Assembly (NCBI GenBank): GCA_963755025.1
Contig: CAVWIH010000014.1
Coordinates: 192,001-256,000 of the forward strand
Source: an uncultured Actinomycetes bacterium
Lineage (GTDB): Bacteria; Actinomycetota; Thermoleophilia; UBA2241
Direction of reading: 5' to 3'
Length of the DNA: 64,000 nucleotides
The notes below the pieces were generated by a model that was given only the letters and a program-made list of their open reading frames with translations, was not told the DNA's origin and did no database searches. Below, piece by piece: positions 1-10,998 of this stretch (positions within the stretch are counted from its first letter, which is position 1; each line of letters begins with the position of its first letter). A program made the translations under genes and the position numbers.

Positions 1-52
1 GGCGGCCGGCGTCGCGGCGGCCGGCGTCGCGGCGGCCGGCGTCGCCGCGGCC
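1..52. repeat. 15-bp tandem repeat (about 3 copies) encoding ATPAA in the GT87 tail
   Basis: ggcggccggcgtcgc repeated from position 1. Confidence 0.8.
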
Positions 53-1344
53 AGGGCCGGCGCCTCGGCGCCGGCAGGCGAGGCCCCGACAGCGAGCGCC
101 GGCACCGGCTCGAGCGGCAGATACCAGCGCATGAGCGCGATGATGGCGACGGCCGCACCAAGCACGTTCAGCAGGTCGAGCACGCGCACGTCGAAGATAC
201 GGCTGCAGAGCAGCGCCGCAGCCACCCCCATGGTCACCACCGCGGCCGGATGGCCCTCGGGCGGGCGCGCCGTGAGCACGAGCGCGAGCGGCACCAGCGT
301 CCACACGTAGGCCATCTGCCAGGCGAGCGGCGAGAAGAACAGCATGAACAGCACGGCCAGCAGCAGCACGGCGTAGCGCTCGCGGCGCTGCTGGTCGCCT
401 GAGTCGGCACCGAACGGTGCCCGCCGCCGATTGCGGCTCGCCACGTAGGCCAGGAAGAGCAGCGCGCAGTAGCCCAGCGCCGAGGCCGCCTTGAGCACCA
501 ACGGGTACTGCCACCAGAAGCGCAGCACCGTCTGGTTGAAGCGCGAGGGGTCGGAGACCGCGATCGAGGGCAGGGTCGTGAACAGGAACACGCGGTACAG
601 ACCGACGTGCACCCAGGCAAGCGACGCCGCTCCCAGGACGGCGCCGCAGAGCAGCGCCTTGAGCGCCAGCCGCCAGTCGCGGAAGTAGACGACCATCACG
701 GCGAGCAGCAGCACGGGCGTCACCTTGGTGGCGATGGCGATGGCGAGCAGCGCCGCCGACGGCCACCCCCGCCAGCGCGGATAGAGCAGAAACCCGGAGA
801 TGGCAAAGGCCGACGCGACCAGGTCGGCCTGCCCGTTGTGCACGTGGTAGATGAACGGATACGAAGCCATGGTGAGCAGCACGGTGACGCCCAGCACCTC
901 GAGCCGGCGCCCCGGCGTCACCCACAGAGCGACTGCCACAAGCAGCGCGAAGGCACTGAGCGTGATGGCCAGCCAGGCGCGGCGCGCGTCGTCGTAGCTG
1001 TAGTGGGCGAGCACGCCGTAGACCGGCAGGAAGGTCGGCGGGTAGATGTAGCCCGAGATCTGGGGCGTGTCGAAGCGCGGGTAGACGATGGCGCCGGTGA
1101 CGCCCGGGTGGTTGGTGTAGGGGTCGAGGCCCAGGTTCCAGTTGTGGCCGCCGGCGTAGTACTGGAAGAAGTCGTAGTTGGGCACATGCACGATCGGGTC
1201 GACGTCGTTGAAGGCGTTCGAGACGATCTCGACCCAGTAGCTCGCGGCGATCGCCGTGGCGAGCAGCACGAGCAGCACGGCGATCGTGCGCCGTGACGGC
1301 CAGGCGCCGGTCGTGCCGGACGAGACTGCGGGCGGGCGGTCCAT
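1..1344 (-). CDS. Glycosyltransferase family 87-like (GT-C fold) membrane protein; 3' end runs off the window
   Basis: Not in the ORF track. My translation from ATG 1344: MDRPPAVSSG...IAVLLVLLATAIAASYW...NYDFFQYYAGG...LDPY...GYIYPPTFLPVYG, followed by multiple TM segments. DF..YY, DPY and YPP are typical of GT87/DUF2029. Confidence 0.75.
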   Translation of the reverse strand, partial: MDRPPAVSSGTTGAWPSRRTIAVLLVLLATAIAASYWVEIVSNAFNDVDPIVHVPNYDFFQYYAGGHNWNLGLDPYTNHPGVTGAIVYPRFDTPQISGYIYPPTFLPVYGVLAHYSYDDARRAWLAITLSAFALLVAVALWVTPGRRLEVLGVTVLLTMASYPFIYHVHNGQADLVASAFAISGFLLYPRWRGWPSAALLAIAIATKVTPVLLLAVMVVYFRDWRLALKALLCGAVLGAASLAWVHVGLYRVFLFTTLPSIAVSDPSRFNQTVLRFWWQYPLVLKAASALGYCALLFLAYVASRNRRRAPFGADSGDQQRRERYAVLLLAVLFMLFFSPLAWQMAYVWTLVPLALVLTARPPEGHPAAVVTMGVAAALLCSRIFDVRVLDLLNVLGAAVAIIALMRWYLPLEPVPALAVGASPAGAEAPALAAATPAAATPAAATPAA

Positions 1345-1503
1345 GAGGCCCAGTATATCGACCGCCCGGGGCCGCGGCTTGAAGCGCACCGCGGCGGCCG
1401 CTCCTGAACGCCATCGTTTTTCGCGCGGCCCGCGCGGGCAGAACCGCTCGGGCGACCGACCGCGGCAGCTCGAGCGGCAGAGAACGAAGAGAAGGAGACG
1501 ACG

Positions 1504-1875
1504 ATGGCCAACTCGATCGTATGGGCCGACATCCCGGTGCTCGACCTGGAACGTGCCCGCAGGTTCTACGGTGCGATCCTGCAGGAAGAGGTCAAGCTGG
1601 CCCCGGGCATGGAGGGTATCGCCCTGCTGCCCGGCGAGATGGGCGAGGTGAGCGCCGACCTGGCGGTCGGCGGGAACGTCAAGCCGAGCACAGACGGCGC
1701 CACCGTCTACATCGACTGCAAGGGCGACATCGAGGGCGCGGTCGCGCGCGCGGTAGCGGCGGGCGGCGAGGTCATCATGCCGCCGAGCGACATGGGCGAG
1801 GTGGTCGGCACGATCGCCTTTCTCAAGGACACCGAGGGCAACCGCATAGGGCTGCACGTGCCGCCCAAGATGTAG
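1504..1875 (+). CDS. VOC/glyoxalase family protein
   Basis: VWADIPVLDLERARRFYG...FLKDTEGNRIGLH; RBS AAGGAG. Confidence 0.9.
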   Translation: MANSIVWADIPVLDLERARRFYGAILQEEVKLAPGMEGIALLPGEMGEVSADLAVGGNVKPSTDGATVYIDCKGDIEGAVARAVAAGGEVIMPPSDMGEVVGTIAFLKDTEGNRIGLHVPPKM

Positions 1876-1908
1876 AAGCCCGCGACGGGTGGTTCGAGCG
1901 CGGGTGAC

Positions 1909-2637
1909 TCAGGTAGCCGGAACAGGCTCCCAGACGCGCATCCAGTTGATGGTGAACACCGGCGACGCCGGCACGCTGCGGTCGATCGAGCCCTGAGCGA
2001 GCACGCGCTCACCGACGGTCAGGTCGGCCAGCGTGAGCACGACGGGCTTGCCCGCGACCCAGGTGAAGATGCGGGCGGTCGGGGCGACCACGAAGGTCGT
2101 CTTCACGCCGATGACGTCCCAGAGGCCGCGCGTCACGAGCAGCGGGCGAGCGACGATCGTGCCGCCGGTCAGGTCGATCGACTTGACGGGGCCGCGGAAG
2201 GCGAACCACTTGATCTGGTTCGGGTTGAGCACGTGAGTGGCCACGACGCGATTGGCGGTGAAGACGGGCTGGGCGGGCACGGTCAGGTCGATCGCGCCGG
2301 TCACACGCACGTGGTCGCCGAGACGGATGTCGCTCATGGTGATCGCCTTGAAGAGGCGGCCGTGGGGCTTCAGGAGCTGCGTCTTGGGCGTGACCACGAC
2401 GGTCAGGTCGTCGCCCAGGTAGGGCGCGACGCCGATCGAAGCGAGCGTCACGCGCACGACCAGGCGGCCGTTGGTGGCGTCGACGGCGTCGACTTTACCG
2501 GCCGCGGTGAACGACTTGGCCGGGGTCCACCACGAGATGTGGTTCTCCGCTACTACGCCGGTCGTCGCGAAGGCGGCCGGGACGAAGCAAGCAAGCGCCA
2601 CGACCATGACGGCCAGCACGAGCAGTGCTTTCTTCAT
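1909..2637 (-). CDS. Secreted protein with two repeated OB-like domains (DUF5666-like)
   Basis: RBS GAGGAGGAG, then signal peptide MKKALLVLAVMVVALACFVPAAFA; two internal repeats (G.V..VD...G.L.V ... .T..D...G..V...G.ID..VPA.PVFT). Confidence 0.7.
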   Translation of the reverse strand: MKKALLVLAVMVVALACFVPAAFATTGVVAENHISWWTPAKSFTAAGKVDAVDATNGRLVVRVTLASIGVAPYLGDDLTVVVTPKTQLLKPHGRLFKAITMSDIRLGDHVRVTGAIDLTVPAQPVFTANRVVATHVLNPNQIKWFAFRGPVKSIDLTGGTIVARPLLVTRGLWDVIGVKTTFVVAPTARIFTWVAGKPVVLTLADLTVGERVLAQGSIDRSVPASPVFTINWMRVWEPVPAT

Positions 2638-2691
2638 GTTCTCCTCCTCAAGGTCAAAAGTCTCGCTGCGGGGACAGCCTCTGCACCATGG

Positions 2692-2781
2692 AACGTCGGC
2701 GTCGCGGCGAACCCTAGCGGCCGGTGGCGGCCCCGCGACAAAGACCCGGAGTGGTGCTAGGGTTCTGCCAGTCCAGGCGTT
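2692..2781. promoter_or_regulatory. Back-to-back putative ECF sigma promoters, GCTAGGGTTC-N12/13-CGTT
   Basis: + strand: GCTAGGGTTC 2756-2765 and CGTT 2778-2781. - strand: GCTAGGGTTC 2718-2709 and CGTT 2695-2692. Confidence 0.65.
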
Positions 2782-2787
2782 AAGACG

Positions 2788-4104
2788 ATGGGCAGCCAGG
2801 AACGATTCGGGGGCGCAGTGGGCATGTCGGTGGGTCAGGGTCCGGTCACGGGCGAGCAGAGGTCGCCCGGTCTCGAACCGAGCGACGAACGGCTCGTCGC
2901 CGACCTGCGACGCCATGCTCCCGACTCGCTGGCGCGCCTGCACGGTCTCTACGCGGTCGGCATCTACAACCTCGCGCTGCGCATGGTCCACCAGCGCCAG
3001 GACGCCGAGGACATCACCCACGACGTGCTCATCCGCGCCTACGAGCGCCTGCCGCGCGACTGCGAGGTACGGCTGCGCCCCTGGCTGTACCGCATCACCC
3101 TGAACCGCTGCTACGACCATCTGCGCACCGCCGCCCGCCGCCGGCCGGCCGACGTGGCCGGTCAGACCGGCCAGCCCCCCGAGCTGCCCGCCGTGGGCGA
3201 CCCGTTCGAGCAATCCGAGCTCAGCGCCCTGTTCGAGCGCACGCTCGAGACGCTGACGGCGCGCCAGCAGACGGCCCTGCTGCTCAAAGACGTCCACGGC
3301 TTCTCCACCGCCGAGCTCGCCGCCACGCTCAACGTCACGCCGGGCTCGGCCGAGGTGCTGCTGGCTCGCGCCCGCAACTCGTTCCGCGCGCGCTTTGCCG
3401 ACATCTCCGGCGTCGAAGCCCGCTCAATGCCGGCCTGGATCGGAGCCGGCCTGGTGCTGCCGCTGGTCGCGCTGCCCAAGGCGCTGCTCGTGCCCCCGGC
3501 GCCGCCGGTGCTCGCCCTGCACCCTCTGCCCGACCTCTTGGGTCACGCCGGCTTCGGCGCCGGCTACGCTGCGCCGGTCGGAGTGGCCGGCGGCAGCGTG
3601 GGCTCGGCGATCGCCAACTCGGCGGCCGTCAAGCTCGTCGCCGTGCTCGCCGCCGCCGCCACCATGACCGCCGGCGTGAGCGACATGGCGCGCCGCACCC
3701 ACCTGCCGGTGCGCCCGTCGCGGGTCGCCGCGGCGCGCACCGCGAACCCCGTCGCGCAGCACACCGTCACGGCCTCGACGGTCGGCGGCGCCACACCCGC
3801 CGCGCACTCCTCACCGCGCGCCACCTTCGCCGTCGCCGGCCTCGGAACGACGGCTTCGGCGTCGCCGTCACCGTCGCCGAGCGGCAGCGCCTCGCCGTCG
3901 GCCACTCCTTCACCGTCGCCCACCGACACCCGCCTGGGCGACGCGCCCCCCACGGCCACGCCCACGGCGTCGCCGAGCCCGACGCCCACACCCTCGCCGA
4001 GCGCCAGCGACAGCGCGACGCCCTCCCCCACGCCGAGCGCCGCGCCGAGCGCCGCGCCGAGCACGGGCGACTCGCCCAGCCCGACGCCGTCACCCACGAT
4101 CTGA
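2788..4104 (+). CDS. ECF sigma-70 factor with a C-terminal hydrophobic segment and Ser/Pro/Thr-rich tail
   Basis: Region 2 DAEDITHDVLIRAY...PWLYRITLNRCYDHLR; region 4 LTARQQTALLLKDVHGFSTAELAATLNVTPGSAEVLLARARNSFR; extension of about 230 aa. Confidence 0.9.
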   Translation: MGSQERFGGAVGMSVGQGPVTGEQRSPGLEPSDERLVADLRRHAPDSLARLHGLYAVGIYNLALRMVHQRQDAEDITHDVLIRAYERLPRDCEVRLRPWLYRITLNRCYDHLRTAARRRPADVAGQTGQPPELPAVGDPFEQSELSALFERTLETLTARQQTALLLKDVHGFSTAELAATLNVTPGSAEVLLARARNSFRARFADISGVEARSMPAWIGAGLVLPLVALPKALLVPPAPPVLALHPLPDLLGHAGFGAGYAAPVGVAGGSVGSAIANSAAVKLVAVLAAAATMTAGVSDMARRTHLPVRPSRVAAARTANPVAQHTVTASTVGGATPAAHSSPRATFAVAGLGTTASASPSPSPSGSASPSATPSPSPTDTRLGDAPPTATPTASPSPTPTPSPSASDSATPSPTPSAAPSAAPSTGDSPSPTPSPTI

Positions 4105-4218
4105 CGGCCGCCCCGCGGCGCCGTTACCGGCTCCGGCGGGGCGGGAATACGGGGCCGTGACCATCCCCTCAAGCGCCGCCGCCCGACCGCGTCCGCGGCG
4201 CGCCACCGAAGGAGCCTC

Positions 4219-5202
<984 letters not shown>

Positions 5203-5224
5203 GCGACTCGGCCGCGGCGCCTGC

Positions 5225-6037
5225 TCAGTCGGCCGAAAGCCCCGCGAAGAACCCGAGCAGCCGCGCCCAGGCGTCGCGCGCCGCGGCGACGTGATACGAC
5301 GGCCGCGTGTCGTTGAAGAAGGCGTGCGGCGCGTCGTCGTACACGTGAGGCTCGTAGTGCTTGCCGGCGGCGCGCATGGCTTGCGCAAAGGCCGGCACCG
5401 CGTCGGTGATGCGGGGGTCGTTGCCGCCGTAGAAACCGATCACCGGGCAAGCCACCTGCGCGATCAGGGCGGCCGGCGTGGCTTCGCCGTAGAAGATGGC
5501 CGCACCGGCCAGCGCCGGCTCGTCCGCTGCCAGGCGGGCCGCGAGGCCGCCGCCCATGCACCAGCCGACGGCGGCCACGCGTCCGTCGCAGCCGGGGTCG
5601 TCGCGTAGCACGACGAACGCGTCGCGCAGGAGCGCGACGAGCGCGTCGCGGTCGCGCGGTGCGAACAGCGCGCCCAGGGTCTCCCCGACGGCGGCGCCCT
5701 CGTCGGGCGGCAGGCTGGCGAGCGCCTCGCGGCGCGCCGCGCCGTCCCACCAGGTCCCCACCGGCAGCGAGTTCAGGAACGCCTTGGCGGCGGCCACCCG
5801 CTCGGGCTGGAGCGCCGCCGGCCGGCCACCGAGCGCGTAGAGATCGGGTGCCAGGGCGCTGTAGCCCGCCGTGGCAACGCGCGCCACGAGGTCCTCGATG
5901 TGCTCGTCGACGCCCCAGATCTCCTGGATGAGCAGCACGCCGGGCAGGGGGTCGTCCGTGGCCGCCGGACGCGCGCCAAAGGCCGGGCATGGTTGCGCGC
6001 CGCTCGTGAAGTCGCGCCAGCCGCTGTCGAGTCGCAT
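5225..6037 (-). CDS. Dienelactone hydrolase family protein
   Basis: IQEIWGV, GWCMGG nucleophile elbow, GGNDP, HAFFND. Confidence 0.92.
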   Translation of the reverse strand: MRLDSGWRDFTSGAQPCPAFGARPAATDDPLPGVLLIQEIWGVDEHIEDLVARVATAGYSALAPDLYALGGRPAALQPERVAAAKAFLNSLPVGTWWDGAARREALASLPPDEGAAVGETLGALFAPRDRDALVALLRDAFVVLRDDPGCDGRVAAVGWCMGGGLAARLAADEPALAGAAIFYGEATPAALIAQVACPVIGFYGGNDPRITDAVPAFAQAMRAAGKHYEPHVYDDAPHAFFNDTRPSYHVAAARDAWARLLGFFAGLSAD

Positions 6038-6202
6038 GATGTCCCTCCGCTTTGCAGGTTGCGGCGCAGCCTACACCGGCCCTTCGGCGCGAGCGGCCGT
6101 TGTCGGGCGACAGGCGCGGCCCGGCGTGATGTACTTGGCCACGAACCGGAGGTCTGTGCCGACCGACGGGCGTCCGCACAACGCCACGGCAAAGGAGCCC
6201 AC

Positions 6203-6625
6203 ATGCCGACCGAGCTTGTCATCAACGCCGAGTACCAGGGCGGCATGAGAGTGGCCGCCGGCGACGGCGACCACACGGTCACCATGGACTACCCGCTCGA
6301 GGCCGGCCAGACGGTCGCCGGCCTGACGCCGCTCAAGCTGCTCCTGGCCAGCCTGGCCGGCTGTATCGGCAACACCGTGCCCATGCTGCTCGCCAAGCGC
6401 GGCCAGCCGGTGCGCGCCCTCGAGGTCAAGGTCACGGGCCACCGCCGCGACGAGCACCCGAGCGTGTTCACGAGCATCGACGTCGAGTTCGTGCTGCACG
6501 GCGACGGCCTCGATCCTGAGGTAGTCGAGCACTGCATCACGCTGGCCGACGAGAAGCTCTGTCCCGTCTGGGCGATGATCCGCCCCGCGACGCCGATCGC
6601 CACCAGCTTCCGCATCGAGGACTAG
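6203..6625 (+). CDS. OsmC/Ohr family protein
   Basis: RBS AAGGAG; TPLKLLLASLAGC ... EKLCPV (two conserved Cys). Confidence 0.9.
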   Translation: MPTELVINAEYQGGMRVAAGDGDHTVTMDYPLEAGQTVAGLTPLKLLLASLAGCIGNTVPMLLAKRGQPVRALEVKVTGHRRDEHPSVFTSIDVEFVLHGDGLDPEVVEHCITLADEKLCPVWAMIRPATPIATSFRIED

Positions 6626-6717
6626 GCGCCCGACGGGCCGGTGAGGCGGCCGGCGCCAAGACCGGGCGCCGGCGAGCAGCCGACGTCGCACGCGACACGC
6701 CGGCTGCTCGCACAGGC

Positions 6718-8817
6718 CTAAGCCTGAGCGGCGACGGGCTCCTCGGCGAGCTCGGCGAGCTTCTTCTTGAGCGTCTCGTAGAACATGCTGAGCGGGAACT
6801 CGTCGTCGAGCACGCGGTCGATCCAGGGGCGCGTGTCGGCCTCGTCCGAGTAGACCCGGGTCTCGCGCTGCCACTGCGAGCCGACGTTCGGCCGCACGAA
6901 ACGCGCCACCAGGTCGTGCGCGGCGATCCAGTAGGAGACCTTGCTCAGGTCGATGCCGTCGCGGTAGAGCTCATCGAGCAACGCCTTGAGCTCGGCCACG
7001 GCGTCGTCGACGTGCTCCCAGTCGATCAGCAACCGGTTGTCGGTCCAGCGCACGATGCCGCCGCGATGCAGGTAGGCGAACAGGAGCTGACCGCCCAGGC
7101 CGTCGTAGTTGCGCACACGGTTGCCGGTGATCGGAAAGCGCAGGATGCGGTCGAAGAGCACCCCGTACCGCACGTAGCGCGCAAACGGGAAACCCTCTCG
7201 CGCGAGCTCGCCGACCGTCTCGTAGGTGGCCAGGTCGACGCGCAGCTCCTCGAGCGAGTACATCCAGTAGGGCAGGCGCTGGCGGATCATGAACGGGTCG
7301 AAGGGCAGGTCGCCGTGGCTGTGCCAGCGGTCGTGGATCATGTCCCAGAGGATGTAGACGTCGCGCGAGAGGTCGCCGCTGGCCACGAGGGCGGCGGCGT
7401 CGGGCGGCAGATCGATGCGCAGGGCCTCGGCGGCGCGCTGCGTAGAGCGCTGAAAGCGCGCCGACTCGCGGTCGCAGAAGATGCCGCCGAAGTTGTTGGT
7501 CGGCCGCTCCGCCACGCTGACCGTCTCGGGGAACAGCACTGCGCACTCGCCGTCGTAGCCCGCCGTGTGGTCGACCAGCTGCACCGGCACGAACTTCGCG
7601 TTGTCGAAGCCGCCGCGCTCGAGGCGGTCGATGAACTCGGGCCACGGGGTGCGCACGATGAGCGCCTCGAAGCGCGTGTCGGGCGAGCCGTTGGGCGTGT
7701 ACATGGGGAACACGACCAGGTGTTCGATGCCGTCGGCCCTCGACAGCTCCGGGCGAAAGACCGCCAGCGAGGGGCCGAAGTCGGGCTTGCCGAAGCCCTC
7801 GTCGGCCCAGCGGCGCAGGTCGAGCACGACCTGGGCGAGGTAGTCGCGCTGGTGGGGAAAGTGGTGGCCCAGCTCGCCGATGGCCGCGGTCATGGCGGCG
7901 ACGCGGGCGCCGGCCTCGGCGCCGTCGCGGCGCCCGAGGTCGATCTCGCCCTTGGGCTCCTGCAAGGCGCGCAGCGCGTCGGTCTCGTCGCGCAGGCGCT
8001 CCCAGGCCGGGTCGCCGGCCGCCGACGACACGATCGCCTCGGGCTCGGCGCGAAAGGCCGGCAGGGCGACCCAGTAGAGGCAGTTGAGCCACAGGCGCTG
8101 GTGATCGAGCACGCCCAGGGCGTCGTCGCCGAACAGGTCCGAGTCGGCGGTCACGACCACCCGGCCCTCGCCGTAGCGCACCGCGGCGAGCAGACCGGCG
8201 CGCGGCGGGTAGGCATCGTCGCCGGCGCGCAGCACGATGGCGCCCTCGCGCTCGGCGCGCAGCGCGCCAGCGCGGTAGAAGCAGACGGTGCGCACGAGGT
8301 GCAGCAGGCTCGTCTCGTCGGCGTTCTCGTCGGGCTCGCCGAACACCCAGGTCGGGGCGCCGTTGTTGCGCACGTAGTCCTCGACCGTGCGGCTGTCGAG
8401 GGCCAGGCCAAAGCGCTCCAGCAGCTCGCTCAGGTTGGCGCCGTACTTGTCCTCTTCGGTCTCGCCCAGCACGACCAGGCCGCCGCCGTCGGCGACGAAG
8501 GCGGCGACCGCCTCGATCTCGGGGACCGACAGGACGGGGGAACCGCCCACGGTGCGCTCCCAGCGCGCGTCGGAGGGGTGGGCGATGACCAGCACGTCGA
8601 CGCCGCTCAAGGCGTCGGCCGACAGCGGTCCCGCCGCCAGCGTCGCGACGTCGAAGTCGCGCTCGGCGAGCGCCGCGGCGGCGAGCGCGTACGACGACCC
8701 CGCGGGGTGCTCAGGCTGGATCGCCGCGGCGACGTCTGGCCGCACGCTCCAGGCCTCACCGTGTGACTCATCGAACAGCACGCGCGCGACCTTGCGCTGG
8801 CGCAACGAATACGGCAT
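6718..8817 (-). CDS. GIFT/DUF4350-like N-terminal domain fused to a DUF6421-like domain
   Basis: N-terminal RVLFDESHGE...GEGRVVVTADSDLF; C-terminal FPMYTPNG, GGIFCDRE, WDMIHDRWHSHGDLPFDPFMI, LEELRVDL, RVRNYDGLGGQLLF; RBS AAGGAGG before ATG 8817. Confidence 0.75.
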   Translation of the reverse strand: MPYSLRQRKVARVLFDESHGEAWSVRPDVAAAIQPEHPAGSSYALAAAALAERDFDVATLAAGPLSADALSGVDVLVIAHPSDARWERTVGGSPVLSVPEIEAVAAFVADGGGLVVLGETEEDKYGANLSELLERFGLALDSRTVEDYVRNNGAPTWVFGEPDENADETSLLHLVRTVCFYRAGALRAEREGAIVLRAGDDAYPPRAGLLAAVRYGEGRVVVTADSDLFGDDALGVLDHQRLWLNCLYWVALPAFRAEPEAIVSSAAGDPAWERLRDETDALRALQEPKGEIDLGRRDGAEAGARVAAMTAAIGELGHHFPHQRDYLAQVVLDLRRWADEGFGKPDFGPSLAVFRPELSRADGIEHLVVFPMYTPNGSPDTRFEALIVRTPWPEFIDRLERGGFDNAKFVPVQLVDHTAGYDGECAVLFPETVSVAERPTNNFGGIFCDRESARFQRSTQRAAEALRIDLPPDAAALVASGDLSRDVYILWDMIHDRWHSHGDLPFDPFMIRQRLPYWMYSLEELRVDLATYETVGELAREGFPFARYVRYGVLFDRILRFPITGNRVRNYDGLGGQLLFAYLHRGGIVRWTDNRLLIDWEHVDDAVAELKALLDELYRDGIDLSKVSYWIAAHDLVARFVRPNVGSQWQRETRVYSDEADTRPWIDRVLDDEFPLSMFYETLKKKLAELAEEPVAAQA

Positions 8818-9003
8818 CGGGAGCCTCCTTGCTGCCGGCCGGCCGCGGCGCGTGCCGGACCATGATCGTCGACCCTTCAGGATTGTCCCAGCGCGGCGAG
8901 CCCCCAAAACCAGCGGCGCGGCGGCGAGATTTGAGTTTCGGGCCGGCCCCGCCGACAATCACAAGCAGGAGTCCGTCGCGACCACGCCCACCGGAGGGTC
9001 CCC

Positions 9004-10828
9004 TTGAGACGCTCACTGCACCCGCTTCGCGCCCTCGGTCTGTGCGCCGTCATCGCCGTGGCCGGCGTGGCGGCGTGGGCCGCCCCGGCGGCCCACGCCG
9101 CCACCGCCGCCGGCCACGTGGGCCCGCTCAACCCGGCCTTCGTGGCCTATCAGCATGCGCTTCGCGCCATGAGCCCGAACGCGACCCTCAAGGGCCTCGC
9201 GCCGTCGTCGGTCGACCCGCGACCGTGGGCCGACGCCGCCTTGGCGCTGGGGCCGCTGGCCCTGGTCGTCCTACGACCCTACCTACGACCTGCGGACACT
9301 CGGCAGGGTGACCGCTGATCCGCGACCAGGACCCACTTAAGCATCTGCTGGGTCTTCGCCAGCCTGGGATCGCTCGAGTCGTCACTTCTGCCCTCCGACA
9401 CCGAAGACTTCAGCGAAGACAACTTGGCGCTTGCAGCCGCCAACGATTTCGGCACCGGCCTCTATCGGCCGCGGCAACTTCTACATGACGACCGCCGAGC
9501 TCGCGCGCTGGAACGGCCCCGTCGACCAGTCAGTCCGAACCATACGGCGACGGATATCGTTCGTCTCGGGCCTGCCGGCGCTCGCGCACGTTCAGAACGT
9601 CCTCTTCCTGCCCGACCGCACGGGTTACACCGGCGACGCCAACGACACCATCAAGTGGGCGGTCGAGAACTACGGCGCCGTCTACACCGGGCATGTACGC
9701 CGACCCCGGCATGAGACATCGAAGCGCTCCTCCTACTTACAACACGCGACCACGCCTACTACTACAACGGTCACGGCGGGCGCCGACCACGCCGTCGACA
9801 TCGTCGGCTGGGACGACGACTACGCTCCGACGAACTTCAGCGCCGACGACCGCCAGCCGACAACGGCGCCTTCATCGTGCGCAACAGCTGGGTCGTCGGC
9901 CAACGGCGACTGGTCGGCGAGCATAGCGGCTATTTCTATGTCTCCTACGATGACGTGCAGATCGGCAACGGGCATGGCCGTGTTTACCGGCGAGTCCACC
10001 GCACGATTACGCGCAGAACCTCGGCTACGACACGATCGGCCTCACCAATGACTACGGGTTCACTGACGGGCAGGGGAACCCCAGTGACACGGCCTGGATG
10101 GCAGCCGGCTTCACACTGAAGGGCGACAGCCCAATCGAGGCGGCCTCGTTTTACGCCCAAAGCCCTGAACACCGACTATGACATCTATGTGGCATCCAAC
10201 CTCGACGACAAGTCCACCTGGTCGGAGCTTGCCTCGGGCACCATCGCCGTGCCCGGCTACCGCACCATCCCGTTCCCAGCGCAGTCGCAGCCGATCGAGA
10301 AGGCGGCCGAGCGTTTCTTCTTGGTCGTCCATCTGACGACCCCTGACTACCGACTATCCCATCCCGCTCGAAGACGACCAGACCTACCCATCGAGCAAGG
10401 CCACGTCTGCTGCGGGCGACAGTTTCGTTAGCGCTGACGGGTCGGCCGGTGGCTGGGGTGACATTGGCGCGGAGGGAGCCGACGTATGCCTAAAGCTCTT
10501 CGCCGGCACCGCGACACCCGACCCCTTCAAGCCCGTCACGAGGGCGCTCGCCGCCGTCACCGTGAAGCGCGGCGCTTATGCGACCCTGCGCTACCGGGTG
10601 AACGATCAGACCACCGGCGACAAAGAGAAGGTCACGATCAAGCTGCGCACCATGTCGGGGCGCTGCGTGAAGACGCTGGCCCTGGGCTGGCGGGCGGCCA
10701 ACGCCTCGCTCACCTACAAGTTCCGCTGCCTGCTGCCGCGCGCCGCCTATCGCTACTGCGTCTACGCCACCGACCGCTGGGGCAACGCGCAGACCTCGGT
10801 CGGCCGCGCGTCGCTGACCGTCAGGTAG
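9004..10828 (+). pseudogene. Secreted C1A (papain-like) cysteine peptidase with a lectin-like domain; many frameshifts (pseudogene or assembly errors)
   Basis: Pieces in different frames: signal peptide, GPLNPAF, YDLRTLGRVT, RDQ...CWVFASLGSLES (catalytic Q/C), FSEDNL, IKWAVENYGAV, DHAVDIVGWDDDY (H), FIVRNSW (N), GYFYVSY, GYRTIP, and C-terminal TVKRG.ATLRYRVND. Confidence 0.85.
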
Positions 10829-10900
10829 CGCAGCGGGCAAGACGACTTGCGGCGTTGCGCCACTCGCGCCCGCCGCGGTGCGTCGCGACGGCCCCACGAA

Positions 10901-10950
10901 AAAACAAGGCGGGGGCGGCTCCCTCTTTGGGGAGCCGCCCCCGCCTCTTT
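10901..10950. terminator. Bidirectional intrinsic terminator between convergent genes
   Basis: 17-bp stem aggcgggggcggctccc (10907-10923) / gggagccgcccccgcct (10930-10946), flanked by A-rich and T-rich sequence. Confidence 0.85.
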
Positions 10951-10998
10951 CAAAGGGTCGCCGGCCCGCTCGCCCCGCTCAGGCCAAACGCGTCACTC

